Under the pieces are notes generated by a model. That model saw nothing but the letters and a program-made list of their open reading frames with translations, was not told the origin of the DNA and ran no database searches. A stretch of 64,000 bases of DNA from an uncultured Acidobacteriota bacterium (GTDB lineage: Bacteria > Acidobacteriota > Vicinamibacteria > Vicinamibacterales > CAVVIG01), in assembly GCA_963724725.1 (NCBI GenBank), contig CAVRVT010000001.1, positions 19,945-83,944 of the forward strand. The letters run 5' to 3'. Positions within the stretch are counted from its first letter, which is position 1. The number at the start of each line of letters is the position of its first letter. Positions 28,921 to 36,033 of the stretch are shown one piece after another. The translations under genes were made by a program, and so were the position numbers.

Positions 28921-28992
28921 CAGCCCTTAGCCTTTAGCCCTGAGCCCTCGTTGAGCCCTTAGCCCTGAGCCCTCAGCCCTTCGTTGAGCCCC
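28921..28992. repeat. tandem heptanucleotide repeats (AGCCCTx units) overlapping the dapB 3' end
   Basis: cagccct tagcctt tagccct gagccct cgttgagccct tagccct gagccct cagccct tcgttgagcccc. The dapB stop (28959-28961) and its last ~9 codons lie inside the tract. Confidence 0.75.
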
Positions 28993-29673
28993 AGGACGTC
29001 TCTCATCGAATACCAGCCTCGCCGTCCGTGCACCCATTTCGCCGCCGCGATCGCGCCGCGCGCGAAGGCCGTGCGGTCCCGCGCCGTGTGCGTCAGCGTA
29101 ATCGTCTCGGCCGGACCGTCGAATCCTATCGTGTGCGTGCCGGGAATGAACCCTGCGCGGGTGGACGAGACGTCGATCGCTCGTGAAAATCCCGCGCGCT
29201 CCATCGCTCTCTTGAGGAGGAGCGCCGTTCCCGACGGCGCGTCCTTCTTCGCAGCATGATGCGCTTCGTGGAGGAACGCGCCGAATTCGCGCTGGCCCGC
29301 GAGAAGTCCCGCGGCCTGGGCCGCGAGCGCCTCGAACAGCACGACACCGGTCGAAAAATTCGGGGCGACCACGGCGCCGCCACCGCCGTCCAGCACCGCC
29401 TGCCGCACTTCCGCTTCGTCGTCCTGCCACCCGGTGGTGCCAATCACGAGATCAATGCCGCGGCGGGCGAGCGCCGTGGCATTCGCGGCCACGCCGTCAG
29501 GCTGCGAGAAATCGATCGCGACGTCCACGCCGTGCCAGCGGTCATCGTTCGCCGCGCCGCCGTGCCTGGGCGACTGTGGATCGATCACGCCCGCAACCTC
29601 GCACCCGGTACTCGGGCGCGAGATCGCCGACGAGCTTGCCCATCTTGCCGTAACCCACCAGAAGCAGCTTCAC
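28959..29673 (-). pseudogene. dapB: 4-hydroxy-tetrahydrodipicolinate reductase, reading frame broken by one extra base near 29605 (true pseudogene or sequence error)
   Basis: GTG 29673 gives VKLLLVGYGKMGKLVGDLAPEY (GxGxxG NAD site). The rest (GCEVAGVIDPQSP...EAHHAAKKDAPSGTA...) is in the +1 frame. Total length is 3n+1. GAGG lies 6 nt before the GTG. Confidence 0.85.
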
Positions 29674-29680
29674 GAATGCC

Positions 29681-31024
29681 TCAGAAGAACGTGTCGTGCA
29701 GCCGCATCATCGCATGCGGCACGTCCGAATCGCGCAGGACGAACGTGACGTTGCGTCGCGACGCCGCCTGCGACACGAGCCGCAGCGGAATGCGTTCGAG
29801 CGCGGTCACGGCCCGGCCGAAAAGTCGCGGGTCGGCCCGTAGATTCTCTCCCACCGCGCAGATGATTGCCATCTCACGCTCGCAGCTGACCTCCGCGAAA
29901 TTCCGCAGATTATCGACGATTGCCTCCAGCCGGCGCGTGTCATCGACTGTCACCGAGACGCTGACCTCCGACGTCGTCACGACGTCCACGGCGGTCTTGA
30001 GGCGCTCGAAGACCTCGAAGAGGCGGCGCAGAAAACCGTGCGCCATGAGCATGCGCGTGGACGTGATGTCGATGACCGTGACGTCGCGCTTGCACGCGAG
30101 AGCGGTCAGCTGACCGTTGGCGGCGGCGCCGTCCGCGCTGATGCGGGTGCCGGGATTCTCGGGGCGGCGCGAATTGAGAATGCGGACGGGGATGTTCCTG
30201 GCAACCGCCGGGAGAATCGTGCTCGGGTGCAGGACCTTCGCGCCGAAGTAGGCGAGCTCGGACGCTTCCGCGAACGACAGCTGCGGCACGACCCGTGGCT
30301 GCGGCACGATGCGGGGATCGGCCGTCAACATGCCATCTACGTCCGTCCAGATCTGGATTTCGTCCACGTCCAGGCAGGCACCGAACACGGCCGCCGAGTA
30401 GTCCGACCCCCCGCGGCCCAGCGTGGTCGTCACGCCGCCCGGTGTGGCGCCGATGAACCCGCCGAGGACGACGACCCGGCCGGCGGCGACGGCGGGCGCG
30501 GCGATCTCGCCGACCGCCTCGGTCGTGCGGACCAGATCCGGCGCCGCCGTGTTGTGTTCGGTGTCCGTGATCAGGACGCGCCGCGCGTCAACCCATTCGC
30601 TCGCCAGCCCACGATCGTTCATCGCAGCGGCGACGATGCGGCTGCTGACGGTTTCGCCCGCCGCGAGAACGGCGTCGAGCGATCGAGGCGAGACCTCGCG
30701 AAGGACGGCGAGCGCGTGCACCAGACCCGAGAGCTCAGTGAACTCCTTCGTGATCTTGGTGACGACGGCCTCGCGGCTGGGCCCTGTGACGGCGGTTGCA
30801 ACGCTGACGTGTCGATCCCGGAGCGCGCGCAGCTCTGTGGCGGCCTTGTCACCATCGCCCTCTTCAGCGAGGCGCGCGATGGCGACGAGCTTGTCGGTCA
30901 CACCGGAGAGCGCCGACACCACGACGACGGGGGCACCACCGCCCGTCGCGTGTTGCTGGCGCACGATGTTGATCAGTCGATTGATGGCGTCGGGATCGGC
31001 GACCGACGTGCCGCCGAATTTCAT
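29681..31024 (-). CDS. lysC: aspartate kinase
   Basis: VMKFGGTSVAD...GRGGSDYSAAV...C-terminal ACT region. ATG 31024 is chosen because the track start at 31162 overlaps asd. Confidence 0.9.
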   Translation of the reverse strand: MKFGGTSVADPDAINRLINIVRQQHATGGGAPVVVVSALSGVTDKLVAIARLAEEGDGDKAATELRALRDRHVSVATAVTGPSREAVVTKITKEFTELSGLVHALAVLREVSPRSLDAVLAAGETVSSRIVAAAMNDRGLASEWVDARRVLITDTEHNTAAPDLVRTTEAVGEIAAPAVAAGRVVVLGGFIGATPGGVTTTLGRGGSDYSAAVFGACLDVDEIQIWTDVDGMLTADPRIVPQPRVVPQLSFAEASELAYFGAKVLHPSTILPAVARNIPVRILNSRRPENPGTRISADGAAANGQLTALACKRDVTVIDITSTRMLMAHGFLRRLFEVFERLKTAVDVVTTSEVSVSVTVDDTRRLEAIVDNLRNFAEVSCEREMAIICAVGENLRADPRLFGRAVTALERIPLRLVSQAASRRNVTFVLRDSDVPHAMMRLHDTFF

Positions 31025-31050
31025 GACGACGTGGCCGGCGGTCCGGGGGG

Positions 31051-32097
31051 TCACAGGATTCCCTCCCGGTGCATCAGCTCGGCGTTCAGGACGGCCGCGC
31101 CCGCCGCCCCCCGGATCGTGTTGTGTCCGAGCGCGACGAATTTGAAGTCCAGCACCGGACACTGTCGAAGCCGGCCGACGGTGACGGTCATGCCTCCGTC
31201 GCGATCAGCGTCGAGCGCCGGCTGCGGACGGTTGGCTTCATGGAGGTAGACGATGGGCTGCTTTGGCGCGGAGGGAAGATCCAGGTCCTGCGGTTTGCCG
31301 CGGAAGCCGTTCCACGCGCTGATCAGCGAGTCCGCGTCGGGCGTCCGCTCGAATGAAACCGAAATCGATCCCGTGTGCCCGTTGTGGACAGGCACGCGGG
31401 TCGTCGTCGCGCTGATCGTCACGGGATGGTTCTCGACCGATCCGTCCCGAAGGCGGCCGAGAATCTTGTTGGTCTCCGTCTGGATCTTCTCCTCCTCGCC
31501 GCCGCCGATGTAAGGAATCACGTTCGCGAGAATGTCCCACGACGCGACGCCGGGATAGCCGGCGCCGGAGATCGCTTGCAGCGTGGTAATCGCCGTCTTC
31601 TTCAATCCGAACTGACGGAGCGGCGCGAGCGCCATCGCCAGGACGACGGTCGCACAGTTCGGGTTCGTGACGATCGATCCCTTCCATCCGCGAGACGCCG
31701 ACTGCTTCTTCAGGAGCTGCAGGTGATCTGCGTTGACCTCGGGAATGAGCAGCGGCACGTCCGCTTCCATCCGGTAGTTGCGCGAGTTGCTGACGATGAA
31801 GTGGCCGGCCTGGGCGAAGGCAGCCTCGATTTCACCGGCGACTGACGAATCAAGACCGGAGAACACCAGCTTCGGCGCGCGGCCGGGCGTGGCCGCATCG
31901 ACCTGGCGTCCCGCGACGTCGTCGGGGAGCCGCGAAGGCAGGCGCCACGCCGTCGCGTCACGGTAGGCCTTGCCTTCAGATCGCTGGCTCGCGCCGAGCC
32001 AGGTGACCTTGAACCAGGGATGGTTCGCGAGCAGCGCGATGAACTGTTGACCGACGGCGCCCGTGGCGCCGAGGATCCCGACTTCGATCGCTGACAT
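31051..32097 (-). CDS. asd: aspartate-semialdehyde dehydrogenase
   Basis: VGILGATGAVGQQF...NPNCATV...ISGAGY. ATG 32097 is preceded by GGGAG. Confidence 0.95.
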   Translation of the reverse strand: MSAIEVGILGATGAVGQQFIALLANHPWFKVTWLGASQRSEGKAYRDATAWRLPSRLPDDVAGRQVDAATPGRAPKLVFSGLDSSVAGEIEAAFAQAGHFIVSNSRNYRMEADVPLLIPEVNADHLQLLKKQSASRGWKGSIVTNPNCATVVLAMALAPLRQFGLKKTAITTLQAISGAGYPGVASWDILANVIPYIGGGEEEKIQTETNKILGRLRDGSVENHPVTISATTTRVPVHNGHTGSISVSFERTPDADSLISAWNGFRGKPQDLDLPSAPKQPIVYLHEANRPQPALDADRDGGMTVTVGRLRQCPVLDFKFVALGHNTIRGAAGAAVLNAELMHREGIL

Positions 32098-32114
32098 GAC
32101 AACTCCCATACGTC

Positions 32115-32152
32115 AAAAAAAAAGCCGACGCGGTGTGAACCGTGTCGGCTGG
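32115..32152 (-). terminator. intrinsic terminator (or attenuator) immediately upstream of asd
   Basis: Minus strand: AGCCGACACGG-UUCACA-CCGCGUCGGCU followed by U9. It lies 17 nt before the asd ATG. Confidence 0.7.
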
Positions 32153-32175
32153 TTGAACGCTCGGTTGTGTCTGAC

Positions 32176-32274
32176 TTAACGCGCGAGCATACGAGATCCG
32201 ACAGCGGTCAGGGCGGACAGCAGGGTCCGCTTGGCCTTCTTCATCCGCTTTCGTGTCTCGGAGGTCGTGCGCAT
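32176..32274 (-). CDS. 32-codon candidate leader peptide (or small basic protein) upstream of asd
   Basis: MRTTSETRKRMKKAKRTLLSALTAVGSRMLAR. The ATG lies ~13 nt after a TATACT box. The stop lies 23 nt before the terminator stem. Confidence 0.35.
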   Translation of the reverse strand: MRTTSETRKRMKKAKRTLLSALTAVGSRMLAR

Positions 32275-32286
32275 CTCGAACGAGAG

Positions 32287-32295
32287 AGTATAGCA
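32287..32295 (-). promoter_or_regulatory. extended -10-like box TGCTATACT
   Basis: Minus-strand TGnTATACT in the divergent spacer between asd and the alpha/beta hydrolase gene. No good -35 was seen. Confidence 0.35.
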
Positions 32296-32304
32296 TGAGG
32301 GAAG

Positions 32305-33348
32305 ATGCTCGAGTCCTTCTTCCATGCCTGGGAGCGCCGGCTTGCCGCGGCGACGACCGATCGCGTCGTGCGGCCGTTCGACTGGGGACTCGACTGGATT
32401 CCGCGTAACGGGCACCCGGCGACTCACGATCCTGTCACCCGCGTCGAGCAATGGGTGGAGGGCGTCATGGCCGACACCGACGCGTTCTTCACACCGGAGC
32501 CGACAACCCATTACATCAGACGATCCGATCCCACGGGCGACGTGGTTCTGTTTCCGAGCGCCCTGAAGACACCGCACGTCGAGAACAACACCGTTCGCTG
32601 CAGGTATTTTCCGGCGCGATCGGCACTGAACGGACGTCCGCGCTCGGCCGTCATCGTTCTTCCGCAGTGGAACGCTGACGCCGGCGGACACGTCGGCCTC
32701 TGCCGGCTGCTGGCGTGGAACGGGTTGAGCGCGCTTCGTCTGAGTTTGCCGTACCACGATGAGCGCATGCCGCCCGAACTGCGTCGCGCCGATTACATCG
32801 TCAGCCCCAACATCGCGCGCACGCTGCAGGTGTGCCGTCAGGCTGTGCTCGACGCGAGGCGGGCGGCGGCGTGGCTCGCCGGCGAAGGGTACGACCGGAT
32901 CGGCATTCTCGGCACCAGCCTCGGTTCGTGTCTGGCGCTCCTGACCACCGCGCACGAACCGTTGGTTCGTGCGGCAGCACTCAATCACATCTCACCGGTG
33001 TTCGCCGACGTCGTCTGGCGTGGGCTCTCGACCGAGCACGTGCGCGACGGTCTCGAGGGTCACATCGACCTCGACCAGTTGCGTGAGATGTGGAAACCGA
33101 TCAGTCCCAAGTACTATCTCGATCGGCTTCGCGATCGGCAGACGCTGCTCGTCTACGCGCGCTACGACCTGACCTTTCCGGTCGACCTGTCGCGGGACCT
33201 CGTCGAGGCATTTCGACGCGAGCGCATCCCGCACGAGGTGGCGGTGCTCCGCTGCGGCCACTACAGCACGGGACGGGCGCCGTTCAAATTCGTGGACGGA
33301 TGGATTCTGACGAGATTTCTGAAGCGAGCCCTGAGCGCCAGCCCGTGA
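32305..33348 (+). CDS. alpha/beta hydrolase family protein
   Basis: Nucleophile elbow ILGTSLGSCLAL; 347 aa; C-terminal CGHYS His region. Confidence 0.8.
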   Translation: MLESFFHAWERRLAAATTDRVVRPFDWGLDWIPRNGHPATHDPVTRVEQWVEGVMADTDAFFTPEPTTHYIRRSDPTGDVVLFPSALKTPHVENNTVRCRYFPARSALNGRPRSAVIVLPQWNADAGGHVGLCRLLAWNGLSALRLSLPYHDERMPPELRRADYIVSPNIARTLQVCRQAVLDARRAAAWLAGEGYDRIGILGTSLGSCLALLTTAHEPLVRAAALNHISPVFADVVWRGLSTEHVRDGLEGHIDLDQLREMWKPISPKYYLDRLRDRQTLLVYARYDLTFPVDLSRDLVEAFRRERIPHEVAVLRCGHYSTGRAPFKFVDGWILTRFLKRALSASP

Positions 33349-33353
33349 ACTCT

Positions 33354-33381
33354 AATCCCTAATCCCTAATCCCTAATCCCT
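33354..33381. repeat. perfect tandem heptamer (CTAATCC)x4 between convergent genes
   Basis: ctaatcc ctaatcc ctaatcc ctaatcc read directly from the sequence. Confidence 0.9.
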
Positions 33382-33383
33382 GC

Positions 33384-33587
33384 TCAGAGGTACTTGAGGA
33401 TTCCCGCGAGCGCCTGATAGATGACCTCGGCGAGATTGCGCACGAGCGGTGACACCTCGCCGCCGTTGACGGCGTTGGCTACGGTGATGGGGTTGGTGAG
33501 GAAGAGCCAGATCGTCGCGGCCGCGAGCGCGACGCTCACGAGCGCGACGCAGGTGAACAGGCTGACGCTGAGGCCCTGAAGTCGCAT
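33384..33587 (-). CDS. hypothetical 67-aa membrane protein, coupled to the ADH stop (TGATG)
   Basis: MRLQGLSVSLFTCVALVSVALAAATIWLFLTNP... has one TM helix, a GC3-rich frame and an ATG overlapping the upstream TGA. Confidence 0.5.
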   Translation of the reverse strand: MRLQGLSVSLFTCVALVSVALAAATIWLFLTNPITVANAVNGGEVSPLVRNLAEVIYQALAGILKYL

Positions 33588-34613
33588 CACACCTCGAGCA
33601 CGATCTTCCCGAACTGACCCGACTCCTCCAGCCGCTGCTGCGCCCGCGCTGCCTCGGCCAGCCCGAACGTACGATCGATGACCGGATTCAGCTGACCGCT
33701 GAAGAAGTACCGTGCCGCCTGCAGGAGCTCGCCCTTCCGGCCCATGTACGAACCGAGAATCGAGAGCTGTTTGGAGAAGAGCGCCGCCAGGTCCAGGGTG
33801 CCTTTCGCCCCCGTCGTGGCGCCGCAGGTCACGAGGCGGCCGCCGCGCGCCAGCGACCGGACGCTCTTCGACCAGGTGGCTTCGCCAACATGTTCTATGA
33901 CGACATCGACGCCCCGCTTGTTCGTCAGCCGCTTGATCTCCTCGGCGATATCCTGCTTGTGGTGGTGGATGACCTCCGACGCCCCAATGGCTCGTGCCCG
34001 TTCCAGCTTTTCCTCGGTGCCTGCCGTGGCGATGACGCGGGCGCCATGGAGCCGCGCGATCTGAATCGCAGCCTGCCCCACGCCGCTGCCCGCCGCCAGG
34101 ACGAGCACGTCGTCTCCGCTCGAGACACGCGCCCTGGTCACCAGCATGTGCCACGCCGTCACGAAGGTCGAGGGGGAACGCAGCGGCCCGGACGAAATCG
34201 ATGTCGTCGGGGATCGCGACGAGATTCTGCACCGGCACCTTGACGAACTCCGCGTAGCCGCCCTGATGGTTCCGATACCCCAGCACTTCGTATTGCGGGC
34301 ACTCATTGTCGAGGCCTGACAGGCAGGCCGCGCAACGGCCGCAGCTGACGCCCGCCTGCAGCATGACGCGGCGGCCGAGCGGCACCTGACTCGCGGCGGC
34401 GGCGACGACCTCGCCGGCGACGTCGCTGCCGGAGATATGAGGGAGCGGGATCGGCACGTGCGGCAGCCCGCGGCGTTCCCATAGATCGAGATGGTTGAGT
34501 GCGCAGGCACGGACGCGGACGAGCACCTCGCCTGGCGCGAGGTCGGGATCCGGCGCGTCTTCGTAGCGCAGTACATCGGCGCCACCGTGCGAATGAAACC
34601 GAACGGCCTTCAT
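33587..34613 (-). pseudogene. zinc-type alcohol dehydrogenase/quinone oxidoreductase, frame broken by one extra base near 34170
   Basis: The N-terminal part MKAVRFHSHGG...GVSCGRCAACLSGLDNEC...VRAAAFPL is in one frame. TFVTAWHMLV...VLAAGSGVGQAAIQIA...GKIVLEV is in the +1 frame. Length is 3n+1. Confidence 0.85.
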
Positions 34614-34656
34614 GCGTGTGCTCGACGAACCTCGGGGCGAGAACGTCCCGAGTCTA

Positions 34657-36033
34657 TCAAAAGGCGTCGGCCGACAGGATCTGCGGCGCGCCGAGGCCGA
34701 GACGATCGAGCTCGCCGGCGAACGCGGCGGGATCGCCGACAATCACCGTCGTGAGACGGGCGGGATCGAGGTATTTGGCCATCACTCGCGACACGTCATC
34801 GCACGTTACAGATTCGACACGCGCGACGTACTCCGCGTAGTAGTCGTCGGGCAGATCGTAGAGCGCCAGCTGCATGACGGCGCGGCCGATCTGGTCCGCC
34901 GTTTCGAAGTTGCGCGCGTAGCCGCGGGTCAAGGCCGCAATGCCGAACGACAATTCGTCCGGCGAGACCGGGCGTGGTCCGCGGATGGCGGAAATCTCGC
35001 CGAGCGATTCCTCGATGGCGCGTGCGGTGGCTGCTGACTGAACGCTGGCCTGGAGCACGAACGGCCCGCGGCGCCGGCGGAATTCGAACGCCGTCCGTGC
35101 GCCGTAGGTGAACCCTTTGTCCTCGCGCAGATTCAGGTTGATGCGGCTGACGAACTGCCCGCCGAGAATGGCGTTCGCGAGGGCGAGCGCATGATAGTCC
35201 GGCGTCAGCCTGGCCGCGGCGATCTGGCCGATGCGGAGCTCGGACTGTGGCGCGTTGGGCCTCGGCACGACGGCGAGCCGCGCGGCAGCGCCGGGCATCG
35301 CCGGCACGGGAGGTGATGGCCGCGCCGCGCCCGGCGTCCAACCGGAAAAGACCTCTTCGGCCAGCCGCATGACCGCTTCGTGCTCGTAGTCGCCGACCGC
35401 GATCAGCGTCGCCGCGCCCGGCACGACTTCCCGGCGATGGAAGGCCCTCACGTCGTCAATGGTGAGCGCGGCGAGTGACGATTCACTGCCGATCGGCGAA
35501 TGCGCGTAGGGATCGTCACCGTACAGCAGTTTGAGAAATGTCCGATCGGCAACCGCGGACGGAGAATCACGAAGCTGCTTGAGGCGGTGGAGCCGCAACT
35601 GACGGACGCGCTCGAAATCGGATTCCCGGAGCGCCGGGCGCGCGACCATGTCGGCGGCGAGCGACAGCGCCCGCTCCGCGACCTGGCTGAGCGACGTGAC
35701 GCTGACCGCCGTCGCGTCCGAGCCGATGTCGGTGTCGAACTGCGCGCCGATGAGCGCCAGCGCTTCGTGCATCTGAATCGCCGATCGATCGCCGCTCCCT
35801 TCGTCGAGCATGTCCGCCGTCAGCGCGGCGAGGCCGTCCTGACCTGCGGGATCCGTGGCCGCGCCCTTGTCGATGAGCAGGATGAACGACAGGATGGGAA
35901 TCTGCGCGTGGCGAACCGTCCAGACGCGCAGGCCGCTCGAGAGGATCGATTTCTCGATGGCCGGAAGGCCGAAAGGCCGCGCCGGCCCGGGTTCGGGCAG
36001 CTTCGAGCGATTGACGGCCGCGGCGCGCGCCAT
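34657..36033 (-). CDS. M16 family peptidase, non-catalytic-type subunit
   Basis: Starts MARAAAVNRSKLPEPG... with ATG overlapping the upstream TGA. The HxxEH position reads GLAALTADMLDEGS. It is the C-terminal 458 aa of the 781-aa track ORF. Confidence 0.85.
   Translation of the reverse strand: MARAAAVNRSKLPEPGPARPFGLPAIEKSILSSGLRVWTVRHAQIPILSFILLIDKGAATDPAGQDGLAALTADMLDEGSGDRSAIQMHEALALIGAQFDTDIGSDATAVSVTSLSQVAERALSLAADMVARPALRESDFERVRQLRLHRLKQLRDSPSAVADRTFLKLLYGDDPYAHSPIGSESSLAALTIDDVRAFHRREVVPGAATLIAVGDYEHEAVMRLAEEVFSGWTPGAARPSPPVPAMPGAAARLAVVPRPNAPQSELRIGQIAAARLTPDYHALALANAILGGQFVSRINLNLREDKGFTYGARTAFEFRRRRGPFVLQASVQSAATARAIEESLGEISAIRGPRPVSPDELSFGIAALTRGYARNFETADQIGRAVMQLALYDLPDDYYAEYVARVESVTCDDVSRVMAKYLDPARLTTVIVGDPAAFAGELDRLGLGAPQILSADAF

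Noticed and set aside
28701-28937. 78-aa ORF MTFAYWTPLFPMAMGPHPHRV...LGMAAG... with an internal protein repeat.
   Set aside because: It is simply the translation of the 2 x 96-nt tandem DNA repeat in the dapB-dapA spacer, on the strand opposite to the operon. It has no start context or coding bias.
28727-28992. Possible CRISPR array, given the repeated units in a non-coding gap.
   Set aside because: The units are contiguous with no unique spacers between them. There are only two diverged 96-nt copies plus 7-nt microsatellite units, and no cas genes are in the window.
32098-32300. Lysine (L-box) riboswitch upstream of asd/lysC.
   Set aside because: The leader is only ~180 nt and is mostly occupied by a short ORF plus one terminator hairpin. 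I could not find the multi-helix L-box core, so the attenuator model fits better. A covariance-model scan would settle it.
33384-34742. 452-aa track ORF taken as a single gene.
   Set aside because: It is a chimera. It reads the ADH N-terminal domain, then out-of-frame Arg/Gly-rich junk after the +1 insertion, and finally the separate 67-codon membrane micro-ORF.
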